Below, in pieces: positions 1-9,529 of a stretch of 64,000 nucleotides of DNA (its first letter is position 1; each line of letters begins with the position of its first letter). The DNA comes from an uncultured Candidatus Binatia bacterium (lineage in GTDB: Bacteria; Desulfobacterota; Binatia; Bin18), in assembly GCA_965242605.1 (NCBI GenBank), contig CBDESS010000004.1, positions 5,835 through 69,834 of the forward strand. Direction: 5' to 3'. Under the pieces are notes generated by a model, which was not told the origin of the DNA, searched no databases, and was given only the letters and a program-made list of their open reading frames with translations. The position numbers were made by a program, and so were the translations under genes.

Positions 1-2227
1 CAAGCACCTCAAAACCCTGCGACCGGTGGGCCGCGGCGAGCACGGCCGGGTCCCGCGGCCTGACGTGCAGAAAGAAGCCGGGGGCCGTGTCCGCCGGACG
101 ACACGGTGCCCGCAGGTAGGTCAACGTGGTCCCGTCAAGGTACAGAGCAAAGTGCGACCGGGCCACGGGGGCATCCGCCACCACCGCCCGGCAGGCCGTG
201 CGCACCAGGTCGATCGCGCTGGCACCGGGAGGCGACAGGGGGATAGCCACCCGCCACAGATCGGCACCCGTGGAAGGTACCATCTGGCCGGCTTCAATGG
301 CCCGGATCGGATAGGCCGGCAAGGGCAGCCGAATCAGACACCGCCCGTCCACTCGGACACCGTACCGGCCAAGCTCGAAGAACAGCCTCTCAAAGCCACG
401 CTTCCGACGACGCCGGGGTAGATCGGCCATGTCCACCGGGAAGACCCACACCGAGAAGAACCCGCGCATGTCCACCGGGCCGCAGGCTGCCTTCACCCAT
501 GTCAAGGTTGGGCCCTCCAGATACAGGTCAAAGACCGCCCGCCCGACCTGCACCCCGGCTGTCACGGCCCGATAGACGGCCCGATAGGCGGCCACGGTGG
601 CCGCGTCCACCCGGGTCAAGTTGGGGGCCGTCACCGTCAGGATGGGGTTGTGGTAAATCCGGCGGGTATAGAGGCTGGGTGCGAAGAGGGGGCCGCCGAG
701 GCCGAGCTGCAAGTAGCGCTGGTGATCGATCATCTGAAAGTCCCCCAGCAACGTCCTGGCCTCGGGGATGAAGCGGCGGCTCGCTTTGGGAAGAATGAGC
801 CGGTTGTGGCGTATATAGCTGCTATGCTGAATGCCCGTCCCCAACAAGACCGGTACGGCGGGATAGCGGTGGAGGAGATGTTCCAACCCCTCCCGGTGCG
901 CGGGTCCCCAGTGGTCCATATCATACTGGGTCCCCAGGTAGTCGGGCGTGCGCCGGTCCACCAGGGCGTTGAAATAGACCTGCTGATACGGATGAAGGGA
1001 GAGCATCTCGACGACCACCCCGACCAGGCCTGCTGCGGCCAGCGCGTGGACGCCTGCCCGCAGCCCCGGCCGGGGGCAGACCGCCGCCAGCCAGCGCAGC
1101 CCGAACACTGCCAGCAGACACACCGGTACATACAGAAAGTAGACCTGACGCCAGCCATCGTAGAGGTTGGTGTTGACGACGATGGCGGCGACGACCGGGA
1201 GCACCAGACAGGCGACGAGCAGCAACCCGAAGCGGGCGACGGGGTCGCCCAGCACGGTGCCGGGGGAGCGCAGGCCGCGATGCATCACGTATGCTGCCCC
1301 CACCAGACTCAGCAGCAGCACCCCCGGCGGGGTAGTGAGGGCGACCCAGGTCGGAATGTAGTCCGCGGGAATCCACGGCCAACGCACCGGCTCGCCCTGG
1401 AAGAGGGTCACAAGGTGAGACGGGTGCAGGGAGGAGACTGCCACAGCCTCGCCCAACGCCAAGGGGTCGCCCCACAGGTAAGGCGAAACCGCGTACAGCG
1501 TCAATGCACTGGCCACCACGAACACCGCCCCGGTGCTCAGAAGGTGCCAGCGTGCCGCCCGCCCCGCCGCCCCCACCAGGTCGCCCGCCCGCAGGACCAC
1601 CACCATAGCGAACAGCAGCACGCCTATGATACGCTGGTTGGTCGCTATCCCTACCCCCACCCCGCACAGTGCGAACGCCCCAAGACTCTCCCGCCGCCAC
1701 GCCCGGTGAATCAGGAACAGGACCAGCAGGAACATCACCAGGAAGGGGATATCCTTGGTGTTGACAAAGGAGTGGGCGTAGAGCCGGGGATGGAGCACGA
1801 ACAGCAGCAGGGCCACCAGAGCCAGCCAGCGGCTGTGGAAGAGGTGGTACACCAGCCGGGCACAGCAGTAGCCACCGGCCAGAAAGAAGAGGTGGGTCAG
1901 CAGATGACGGCTCAGGAAGACGGCTCGGCTGTCAGTGGGGTCCAGCAGCCGCTCAATGAGCGCCAGCGGCACCTCGAAGACAACGCCGTAGAACCGGTGG
2001 AAGGGAGGATAGGAGGGCAGCAGGGTTTCGGCGTCTCCCAGCATGTAGTCGACCGTCGCATGGCCGATGTAGTACTGGACTTGCTCGTCCACCCCTAAGC
2101 CGTAGTCGTCAAGGACGACCACGCCCACGACGGCCAAGCCTGCCAGGGCCAGGAGCGTGCCGCGGGCAAACACACCCGCGACTGCCCTCTGACCCCACTT
2201 CGGGAGGGACGCCGGGATACCGCTCAC
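1..2227 (-). CDS. GT-C-fold membrane glycosyltransferase paralog (PMT/ArnT-like). 3' end truncated by the window edge; whether it is intact was not verified.
   Basis: Sequence upstream of 2227 matches the N-termini of copies 2-5 (…LPKWGQRA…, GTG start overlapping the stop of the next copy). Frame relationships of its shadow ORFs (921..1700, 730..1158) match those in copies 2-4. No long ORF is listed, probably because no in-window stop exists. Confidence 0.5.
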   Translation of the reverse strand, partial: MSGIPASLPKWGQRAVAGVFARGTLLALAGLAVVGVVVLDDYGLGVDEQVQYYIGHATVDYMLGDAETLLPSYPPFHRFYGVVFEVPLALIERLLDPTDSRAVFLSRHLLTHLFFLAGGYCCARLVYHLFHSRWLALVALLLFVLHPRLYAHSFVNTKDIPFLVMFLLVLFLIHRAWRRESLGAFALCGVGVGIATNQRIIGVLLFAMVVVLRAGDLVGAAGRAARWHLLSTGAVFVVASALTLYAVSPYLWGDPLALGEAVAVSSLHPSHLVTLFQGEPVRWPWIPADYIPTWVALTTPPGVLLLSLVGAAYVMHRGLRSPGTVLGDPVARFGLLLVACLVLPVVAAIVVNTNLYDGWRQVYFLYVPVCLLAVFGLRWLAAVCPRPGLRAGVHALAAAGLVGVVVEMLSLHPYQQVYFNALVDRRTPDYLGTQYDMDHWGPAHREGLEHLLHRYPAVPVLLGTGIQHSSYIRHNRLILPKASRRFIPEARTLLGDFQMIDHQRYLQLGLGGPLFAPSLYTRRIYHNPILTVTAPNLTRVDAATVAAYRAVYRAVTAGVQVGRAVFDLYLEGPTLTWVKAACGPVDMRGFFSVWVFPVDMADLPRRRRKRGFERLFFELGRYGVRVDGRCLIRLPLPAYPIRAIEAGQMVPSTGADLWRVAIPLSPPGASAIDLVRTACRAVVADAPVARSHFALYLDGTTLTYLRAPCRPADTAPGFFLHVRPRDPAVLAAAHRSQGFEVL

Positions 2228-4665
2228 TTGGCCGCCTCCCTGCCCGCTTCGTCTGCCCGGGCCTCCACCCGGACCGCTACCTCCCAGACCCGCTCGGCCC
2301 CCCGGCCCTGCCCCGTCCGCAGCTCAGCGATGCGGTAGGCTGGCAGCCGAATGGACCCCAGACACCTGCCAGCGAAGTACGCCGCCTGCTGCATCTGCGG
2401 GGCGTGACCGGGGTGCCGCCAGAACGTGAAATCAAGGACCCGAAAGCCCTCGGATTGGCGGGCCCCGGCGAGCACGGCCGGATCCCGCGGCCTGACGTGC
2501 AGAAAGAAGCCGGGGGCCATGTCCGCCCGGCGACACGGAGCCCGCAGGTAGCTCAGCGTGGTCCCGGCCAGGTACACAGCAAAGTGCGACCGGGCTACGG
2601 GGGGACCCGCCACCGTCGCCCGGTAGGCCGTGCGCACGGCGTCGGTCGCGAGGGCCCCGGGCGGCGACACAGGGATGACCACCCGCCACAACTCGGCCCC
2701 CCCCCCCCTGCTCGCTACTTGGCTGGCTTCAATGGCCTGAATCAAATAGGCTGGCAAAGGCAGCCGGAGCAGACACCGCCCGTCCACCCGCACGCCGTAC
2801 CGCATAAGGGCGAAACGCAACTCCTCAAAGCCCCACTTCCGACGCCACTGGGACAGAGCGGCCACATCCACCGGGAAGACCCGCACCACGAAGGACCAGC
2901 CCCTGTGCAGGTCCGCTGGGCCGCAGGACATCTTCACCCCCATCAAAGTCCGGCTCTCCAGATACAGGCCAAAGTCCGCCCGCCCGACCGCCGGCCCGCC
3001 CGTCACGGCCCGGGCTACGGCCCGATAGGCGGCCGTGGTGGCCGCGTTGACCCGAGTCGGGTTGAGGGCCGTCACCGTCAGGAAGGTGTTGTGGTAAATC
3101 TTGCGGGCATAGAGGCGAGGCGCGAAGGGGGGACCGCCGAGGTCGCGCAGCAAGGAGTACAGGGAGGAACTGAGCACCTGAAAGTCCCCCGGTGGTGCCC
3201 CGCCCGCGGCGAAGGCGAGGCGGCGGCGCGCCGCTTTGGGAAGAATGAGCCGGTTTGGGGCCCCCTCAGCACTCATCTCCAGCGAGAGCGGTAGTGTGGG
3301 ATAGCGGTGGAGGAGATGTTCCAACCCCTCCCGGTACACAGTTCCCCAGCGGTCCATCTCATACTGGGTCCCCAGGTAGTCGGGCGTGCGCCGGTCCACC
3401 AGCGCATTGAAATAGACGATCTGATGGGGATGGAGGGCCACCAGTTCGACGACCACCCCGGCCAAGCCGGCTGCGGCCAGCGCGTAGACGCCGGGCCGCA
3501 GTCCCGGCCGGGGGCAGACCGCCACCAGCCAACGCAGCCCGAACACCGCCAGCAGACACAGCGGGGCGTACAGAAAGCAGACCTGACGCCAGCCGTCGTA
3601 GAGGTTGGCGTTGACGACGAGGACGGCGACGACCGGGAGGACCAGACAGGCGACGAGCAGCAGCCCGAAGCGGGCGACGGGATTGCGGAACACCTCGCCG
3701 GGGCGGCTCAGGCCGCGATGCATCACGGATACTGCTCCTGCCAGACCCAGCAGCAGCACCCCCGGCGGGGTGGTAATGGCGACCCAGGTCGGAAGGTAGT
3801 CCGCAGGAATATCAGGCCAGCGCACCGGCTCGCCCTGGAAGAGGGTCGGGGAGCGAGTCGGATGCTGGGCGAAGACTGCCACGGCCTCGCCCAACGCTAA
3901 GGGGTCGCCCCACAGGTAGGGCGAGACCGCGTACAGCGTCAATACACTGGCCACCACGAACACCCCACCAGTGCTCAAGACGTGCCAACGCGCCGCCCGC
4001 CCCGCCGCCCCCACCAGGTCGCCCGCCCGCAGGACCACCACCACGGCGAACAGCAGCACGCCCATGATGCGCTGGTTGGTCGCTACCCCCACCCCTACCC
4101 CGCACAGTGCGAACGCCCCAAGACTCCCCCGCCGCCACGCCCGGTGAATCAGGAACAGGACAACCAGGAACATCACCAGGAAGGGGATGTCCTTGGTGTT
4201 GACGAAGGAGTGGGCGTAGAGCCGGGGCTGGAGCACGAACAGCAGCAGGGCCACCAGAGCCAGCCAGCGGCTGTGGAAGAGCTGGTACACCAGCCGGGCA
4301 CAGCAGCCGCCGCCGGCCAGAAAGAAGAGGTGGGTCAGCAGATGACGGCTCAGGAAGACGGCCCGGCTGTCAGTGGGGGCCAGCAGCCGCTCAATGAGCG
4401 CCAGCGGCACCTCGAAGACAACGCCGTAGAACCGGTGGAAGGGAGCATAGGAGGGCAGCAGGGTTTCGGCGTCTCCCAGCATGTAGTCGACCGTCGCATG
4501 GCCGATGTAGCGCTGGACTTGCTCGTCCGCTCCTACGCCGTAGTCGTCAAGGACGGCCACGCCCACGCCGGCCAAGACCGCCAGGGCCAGGAGCGTGCCG
4601 CGGGCAAACACACCAGCGACTGCCCTCTGACCCCACTTCGGGAGGGACGCCGGGATACCGCTCAC
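2224..4665 (-). CDS. GT-C-fold (PMT_2/ArnT-like, GT39/GT83-type) polytopic membrane glycosyltransferase, 813 aa. N-terminal ~450 aa multi-TM domain, C-terminal ~350 aa soluble domain with an internal duplicated module.
   Basis: 813-aa ORF. Many hydrophobic helices. DDYG/DE-type loop motif after TM1 (VLDDYGVGADE) and HRFYGVVFEVPL as in PMT/ArnT. ~90% identical to copy 4662..7103. Confidence 0.8.
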   Translation of the reverse strand: MSGIPASLPKWGQRAVAGVFARGTLLALAVLAGVGVAVLDDYGVGADEQVQRYIGHATVDYMLGDAETLLPSYAPFHRFYGVVFEVPLALIERLLAPTDSRAVFLSRHLLTHLFFLAGGGCCARLVYQLFHSRWLALVALLLFVLQPRLYAHSFVNTKDIPFLVMFLVVLFLIHRAWRRGSLGAFALCGVGVGVATNQRIMGVLLFAVVVVLRAGDLVGAAGRAARWHVLSTGGVFVVASVLTLYAVSPYLWGDPLALGEAVAVFAQHPTRSPTLFQGEPVRWPDIPADYLPTWVAITTPPGVLLLGLAGAVSVMHRGLSRPGEVFRNPVARFGLLLVACLVLPVVAVLVVNANLYDGWRQVCFLYAPLCLLAVFGLRWLVAVCPRPGLRPGVYALAAAGLAGVVVELVALHPHQIVYFNALVDRRTPDYLGTQYEMDRWGTVYREGLEHLLHRYPTLPLSLEMSAEGAPNRLILPKAARRRLAFAAGGAPPGDFQVLSSSLYSLLRDLGGPPFAPRLYARKIYHNTFLTVTALNPTRVNAATTAAYRAVARAVTGGPAVGRADFGLYLESRTLMGVKMSCGPADLHRGWSFVVRVFPVDVAALSQWRRKWGFEELRFALMRYGVRVDGRCLLRLPLPAYLIQAIEASQVASRGGGAELWRVVIPVSPPGALATDAVRTAYRATVAGPPVARSHFAVYLAGTTLSYLRAPCRRADMAPGFFLHVRPRDPAVLAGARQSEGFRVLDFTFWRHPGHAPQMQQAAYFAGRCLGSIRLPAYRIAELRTGQGRGAERVWEVAVRVEARADEAGREAAK

Positions 4666-7103
4666 TCGACCGCCTCCGGGCCCCCTGAGGCGGCCCGGGC
4701 CTCCACCCGGACCGCTACCTCCCAGACCCGCTCGGCCCCCCGGCCCTGCCCCGTCCGCAGCTCAGCGATGCGGTAGGCTGGCAGCCGAATGGACCCCAGA
4801 CACCTGCCAGCGAACAACGCCGCCTGCTGCACCTGCGGGGCGTGACCGGGGTGCCGCCAGAACGTGAAATCAAGCACCCGAAAGCCCTCGGATTGGCGGA
4901 CCCCCACGAGCACGGCCGGGTCCCGCGGCCTGACGTGCAGAAAGAAGCCGGGTTCTGTGTCCGCCCGGCGACACGGAGCCCGCAGGTAGGTCAGCGTGGT
5001 CCCGGCGAGGTACACAGCGAAATGCGACCGGGCCACGGGGGGACCCGCCACCGTCGCCCGGTAGGCCGTGCGCACGGCGTCGGTCGCCGGGGCCCCGGGC
5101 GGCGACACAGGGATGGTCACCCGCCACAACTCGGCCCCCCCCTCCCTGCTCGCTACTTGGCTGGCTTCAATGGCCTGAATCAGATAGGCCGGCAAGGGCA
5201 GCCGAATCAGACACCACCCGTCCACCCGCACGCCGTACCGCCTAAGGGCGAAACGCAACTCCTCAAAGCCCCACTTCCGACGCCGCTGGGACAGAGCGGC
5301 CACATCCACCGGGAAGACCCGCACCACGAAGGGCCACCCCCTGTGCAGGTCCGCCGGGCCGCAGGACGTCTTCACCCACATCAAAGTCCGGCTCTCCAGA
5401 TACAGGGCAAAGTCCGCCCGCCCGACCGCCGGCCCGCCCGGCACGGCCCGGGCTACGGCCCGATAGGCGGCCGTGGTGGCCGCGTTGACCCGAGTCAGGT
5501 TGAGGGCCGTCACCGTCAGGAAGGTGTTGTGGTAAATCTTGCGGGCATAGAGGCGAGGCGCGAAGGGGGGACCGCCGAGGTCGCGCCGCAAGAAGTCCAG
5601 GGAGGAACTGAGCACCTGAAAGTCCCCCGGTGGTGCCCCGCCCGCGGCGAAGGCGAGGCGGTGGCGCGCCGCTTTGGGAAGAATGAGCCGGTTTGGGACC
5701 CCCAGAACATGCATCTCCAGCGAGATCGGTGAAGTGGGATAGCGATGGAGGACATGTTCCAACCCCTCCCGGTATATGGTTCCCCAGGAGTACATCTCGT
5801 ACTGGGTCCCCAGGGAGTCGGGCGTGTGCCGGTCAACCAGGGCGTTGAAATAGACCTGCTGATAGGGATGAATGGAAACCGTTGCGACGACCACCCCGGC
5901 CAAGCTCACTGCGGCCAGCGCGTAGACGCCGGGCCGCAGCCTCGGCCGGGGGCAGACCACCGCCAGCCAGCGCAGCCCGAACACCGCCAGCAGACACAGC
6001 GGGGCGTACAGAAAGTAGACCTGACGCCAGTCGTTGTAGAGATTGGCGTTGACGACAATGACGGCGACGACCGGGAGCACCAGACAGGCGACGAGCAGCA
6101 GGCCGAAGCGGGCGACGGGGTCGCCCGGCACGGCACCGGGAGAGCGCAGGCCACGATGTATCACGGACACTGCCCCCACCAGACCCAGCAGCAGCACCCC
6201 CGGCGGGGTGGTAATGGCGATCCAGGTTGGAAGGTAGTGTGCGGGAATATCCGGCCAGTGCACCAGCTCGCCCTGGAAGAGGGTCGAGGAGTGAGTCGGA
6301 TGCTGGGAGGAGACTGCCACAGCCTCGCCCAACAGCAAGGGGTCGCCCCACAGATAGGGCGAGACCGTGTACAGCGTCAATACACTGGCCACCACGAACA
6401 CCGCCCCAGTGCTCAGAACGTGCCAGCGTGCCGCCCGCCCCGCCGCCCCCGCCAGGTCGCCCGCCCGCAGGACCACCACCACGACGAACAGCAACGCGCC
6501 CATGATGCGCAGGTTGGTCGCTACCCCCACCCCCACCCCGCACAGTGCGAACGCCCCAAGGCTCTCCCGCCGCCACGCCCGGTAAATCAGGAACAGAGCG
6601 ACCAGGAACATCACCAGGAAGGGGATGTCCTTGGTGTTGACAAAGGAGTGGGCGTAAAGCCGGGGATGGAGCACGAACAGCAGCAGGGCCGCCAGGGCCA
6701 GCCACCGGCTGCGGAAGAGCTGGTACACCAGCCGGGCACAGCAGTAGCCACCGGCCAGAAAGAAGAGATGGGTCAGCAGATGGCGGCTCAGGTAGATGGC
6801 CCGGCTGTCGGTGAGGCCCAGCAGCCGCTCAACGAGTACCAGCGGCACCTCGAAGACAACGCCATAGAACCGGTGGAAGGGAGGATAGGAGGGCAGCAGG
6901 GTTTCGGCGTCTCCCAGCATGTAGTCGACCGTCGCATGGCCGATGTAGTACTGGACTGGATCGTCCGTCGTTATGCCGTAGTCGTCGAGGACGACCATGC
7001 CCATGACGGCCAAGACCGCCAGGGCCAGGAGCGTGCCGCGGGCAAACACGCCAGCGCCTGCCCTCTGACCCCACTTCGGGAGGGACGCCAGGATACCGCT
7101 CAC
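4662..7103 (-). CDS. GT-C-fold membrane glycosyltransferase paralog, 813 aa
   Basis: 813-aa ORF. GTG start at 7103 overlaps the TGA of the next copy. Same architecture as 2224..4665. Confidence 0.8.
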   Translation of the reverse strand: MSGILASLPKWGQRAGAGVFARGTLLALAVLAVMGMVVLDDYGITTDDPVQYYIGHATVDYMLGDAETLLPSYPPFHRFYGVVFEVPLVLVERLLGLTDSRAIYLSRHLLTHLFFLAGGYCCARLVYQLFRSRWLALAALLLFVLHPRLYAHSFVNTKDIPFLVMFLVALFLIYRAWRRESLGAFALCGVGVGVATNLRIMGALLFVVVVVLRAGDLAGAAGRAARWHVLSTGAVFVVASVLTLYTVSPYLWGDPLLLGEAVAVSSQHPTHSSTLFQGELVHWPDIPAHYLPTWIAITTPPGVLLLGLVGAVSVIHRGLRSPGAVPGDPVARFGLLLVACLVLPVVAVIVVNANLYNDWRQVYFLYAPLCLLAVFGLRWLAVVCPRPRLRPGVYALAAVSLAGVVVATVSIHPYQQVYFNALVDRHTPDSLGTQYEMYSWGTIYREGLEHVLHRYPTSPISLEMHVLGVPNRLILPKAARHRLAFAAGGAPPGDFQVLSSSLDFLRRDLGGPPFAPRLYARKIYHNTFLTVTALNLTRVNAATTAAYRAVARAVPGGPAVGRADFALYLESRTLMWVKTSCGPADLHRGWPFVVRVFPVDVAALSQRRRKWGFEELRFALRRYGVRVDGWCLIRLPLPAYLIQAIEASQVASREGGAELWRVTIPVSPPGAPATDAVRTAYRATVAGPPVARSHFAVYLAGTTLTYLRAPCRRADTEPGFFLHVRPRDPAVLVGVRQSEGFRVLDFTFWRHPGHAPQVQQAALFAGRCLGSIRLPAYRIAELRTGQGRGAERVWEVAVRVEARAASGGPEAVE

Positions 7104-9529
7104 CCGGCCTCCTCCGGGCCGGCTGAGGCGGCCCGGGCCTCCACCGGGACCGCCGCCGCCCAGACCCGCTCGGCCCCCCGGCCCTGCCCGGTCCGCAGCC
7201 TGGTGATGGGGTAAGCTGGCAGCCGAATGGACGCCAGACAGGTGCCGGCAAAGCGCGCCGCCTGGTCTACCTGCGGGGCATAACGGGGGTGCCGCCGGAA
7301 CGCGAAATCGAGCACCTCAAAGCCCCGGGACCGGCGGGCCGCCGCGAGCACAGCCGGGTCCCGGGGTCTGACGTGCAGAAAGAAGCCGGGGGCCGTGTCC
7401 GCTGGACGACAGGGGGCCCGCAGGTAGGTCAGCGTGGTCCCGGCGAGGTACAGGGCAAAGCGCGACCGGGCCACGGGGGCACCCGCCACCGCCACCCGGT
7501 AGGCTTCGCGCACCAGGTCGGTCCCGGTGGCACCGGGAGGCGACACAGGGATGGCCACCCGCCACAGATCGGTGCCCCCGAAAGGCAGCACTTGCCTGGC
7601 TTCAATGGCCCGGCTCGGATAGGCCGGCAAGGGCAGCCGAATCAGACACTGGCCGTCCACCAGGACACCGTACCGGCTGAAGTCGAAGTACCTCTCCTCA
7701 AATCCCCACTTCCGACGCCATCGGGGCAGGTCGGCCACATCCACCGGGAAGACCTGCACCGAGAAGGACCCGCGCAGGTCCGCCGGGCCGCAGGCCACCT
7801 TCACCCACATCAGGGTCTGGTCATCCAGATACAGGTCAAAGCCCACCCGACCGACCGGCACCCCGCCCGTCACGACCCGGACCACAGCCCGATAGGCGGC
7901 CGTGGTGGCTACATCCACCCTGGCCAAGTTGGGGGCCGTCACCGTCAGGACGGTGTTATGGTAAATCTGATGGTTATAGAGGTGAGGCGCGAAGAGAGGG
8001 CCGCTAAGGCCGCGCCGCAAGTTTGAGTGGTGATCGATCACCTGAAAGTCCCCAGACGGCACCCCGCCCTCGGCGAGGACGAGGCGGCGGCGCACCGCTT
8101 TGGGAAGAATGAGCCGATTCCGGACCCCCAGACCATGCATCTCCAGCGAGATCGGTGAAGTGGGATAGCGGCGGAGGAGATGTTCCAACCCCTCCCGGTG
8201 CGTGGTTCCCCAGCGGTCCATCTCGTACCAGGTCCCCAGGTAGTCGGGCGTGCACCGGTCCACCAGGGCATTGAAATAGGCTATCTGGTGGGGATGGAGG
8301 GCCACCAGCTCGACGACCACCCCGGCCAGGCCCGCCGCCGCCAGCCCATGCATGCCCTGCCGCAACACGGCCCAGCGACAGACCGCCGCCAGCCAGCGCA
8401 GCCCGAACACTGCCAGCAGACACACCGGGGCGTACAGAAAGTAGACCTGACGCCAGCCGTTGTAAAGGTTGGCATTGACAACGAGGACGGCGACAACCGG
8501 GAGGACCAGACAGGCGACGAGCAGCAGGCCGAAGCGGACGACGGGGGCACCCAGCACGGTGCCGGGGGAGATCAAACCGCGATGCATCACGGACACTGCC
8601 CCTACCAGACTCAGCAGCAGCACCCCCGGCGGGGTGGTGATGGCAATCCAGGTCGGAAGGTAGTCCGCAGGAAGCTCCGGCCAGCGTACCGGCTCGCCCT
8701 GGAAGAGGGTCACAGCGTGAATCGGGTGCTGGGAGAGGACTGCCACGGCCTCACCTAGCGCCAAGGGGTCACCCCACAGGTAGGGCGAGACCGCGTACAG
8801 CGTCAACACACTGACTGCCACGAACACCGCCCCCGTGCTCAGAACGTGCCAGCGTGCCGCCCGCCCTGCCGCCCCCACCAGGTCGCCCGCCCGCAGGACC
8901 ACCACCACAACGAACAGCAGCACGCCCATGATGCGCAGGTTGGTCGCTACCCCCACCCCGACCCCACACAGTGCGAACGCCCCAAGGCTCTCCCGCCGCC
9001 ATGCCCGGTGAATCAGGAACAGGGCAACCAGGAACAGCACCAGGAAGGGGATGTCCTTGGTATTAACGAAGGAGTAAGCGTAGAGCCGGGGATGGAGCAC
9101 GAACAGCAGCAGGGCGACCAGGGCCAGCCAGCGGCTGTGGAAGAGGTGGTACACCAGCCGGGCACAGCAGTACCCACCGGCCAGAAAGAAGAGGTGGGTC
9201 AGCAGATGGCGGCTCAGGTAGATGGCCCGGCTGTCGGTGAGACCCAGCAGCCGCTCAACGAGCACCAGCGGCACCTCGAAGACGACGCCATAGAACCGAT
9301 TGTGGGGAAGACCGGGGGGCAGCAGAACCTCAGCGTCCCCCAGCAGGTAGTTGACCGCCGCATGGCCGTGTCCGTACCGGAGCTCTTCGTCCCGCGAAAC
9401 GCCGTAGTCGTCAAGGACGGCCACGCCCATGACGGCCAAGACCGTCAGGGCCAGGAGTACGCTGCGGGCAAGCGCGACATCGCCTGCTCCCTGGCCCCGC
9501 TTCGGGGGGGACACCGGGATACCAGTCAC
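7100..9529 (-). CDS. GT-C-fold membrane glycosyltransferase paralog, 809 aa
   Basis: 809-aa ORF. Conserved N-terminal TM domain. C-terminal domain more diverged from copies 2/3 and closer to copy 5. Confidence 0.8.
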   Translation of the reverse strand: MTGIPVSPPKRGQGAGDVALARSVLLALTVLAVMGVAVLDDYGVSRDEELRYGHGHAAVNYLLGDAEVLLPPGLPHNRFYGVVFEVPLVLVERLLGLTDSRAIYLSRHLLTHLFFLAGGYCCARLVYHLFHSRWLALVALLLFVLHPRLYAYSFVNTKDIPFLVLFLVALFLIHRAWRRESLGAFALCGVGVGVATNLRIMGVLLFVVVVVLRAGDLVGAAGRAARWHVLSTGAVFVAVSVLTLYAVSPYLWGDPLALGEAVAVLSQHPIHAVTLFQGEPVRWPELPADYLPTWIAITTPPGVLLLSLVGAVSVMHRGLISPGTVLGAPVVRFGLLLVACLVLPVVAVLVVNANLYNGWRQVYFLYAPVCLLAVFGLRWLAAVCRWAVLRQGMHGLAAAGLAGVVVELVALHPHQIAYFNALVDRCTPDYLGTWYEMDRWGTTHREGLEHLLRRYPTSPISLEMHGLGVRNRLILPKAVRRRLVLAEGGVPSGDFQVIDHHSNLRRGLSGPLFAPHLYNHQIYHNTVLTVTAPNLARVDVATTAAYRAVVRVVTGGVPVGRVGFDLYLDDQTLMWVKVACGPADLRGSFSVQVFPVDVADLPRWRRKWGFEERYFDFSRYGVLVDGQCLIRLPLPAYPSRAIEARQVLPFGGTDLWRVAIPVSPPGATGTDLVREAYRVAVAGAPVARSRFALYLAGTTLTYLRAPCRPADTAPGFFLHVRPRDPAVLAAARRSRGFEVLDFAFRRHPRYAPQVDQAARFAGTCLASIRLPAYPITRLRTGQGRGAERVWAAAVPVEARAASAGPEEAG

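Noticed and set aside
650-2098. Long plus-strand ORFs inside the array (650..2098 482 aa, 2404..3294, 5745..7214 489 aa, 8846..9640, etc.)
   Set aside because: Antisense shadow ORFs typical of high-GC DNA. They repeat with the array period, are low-complexity (Pro/Arg/Gly/Gln-rich), and the minus-strand 813-aa frames have coherent GTGA-coupled starts and stops.
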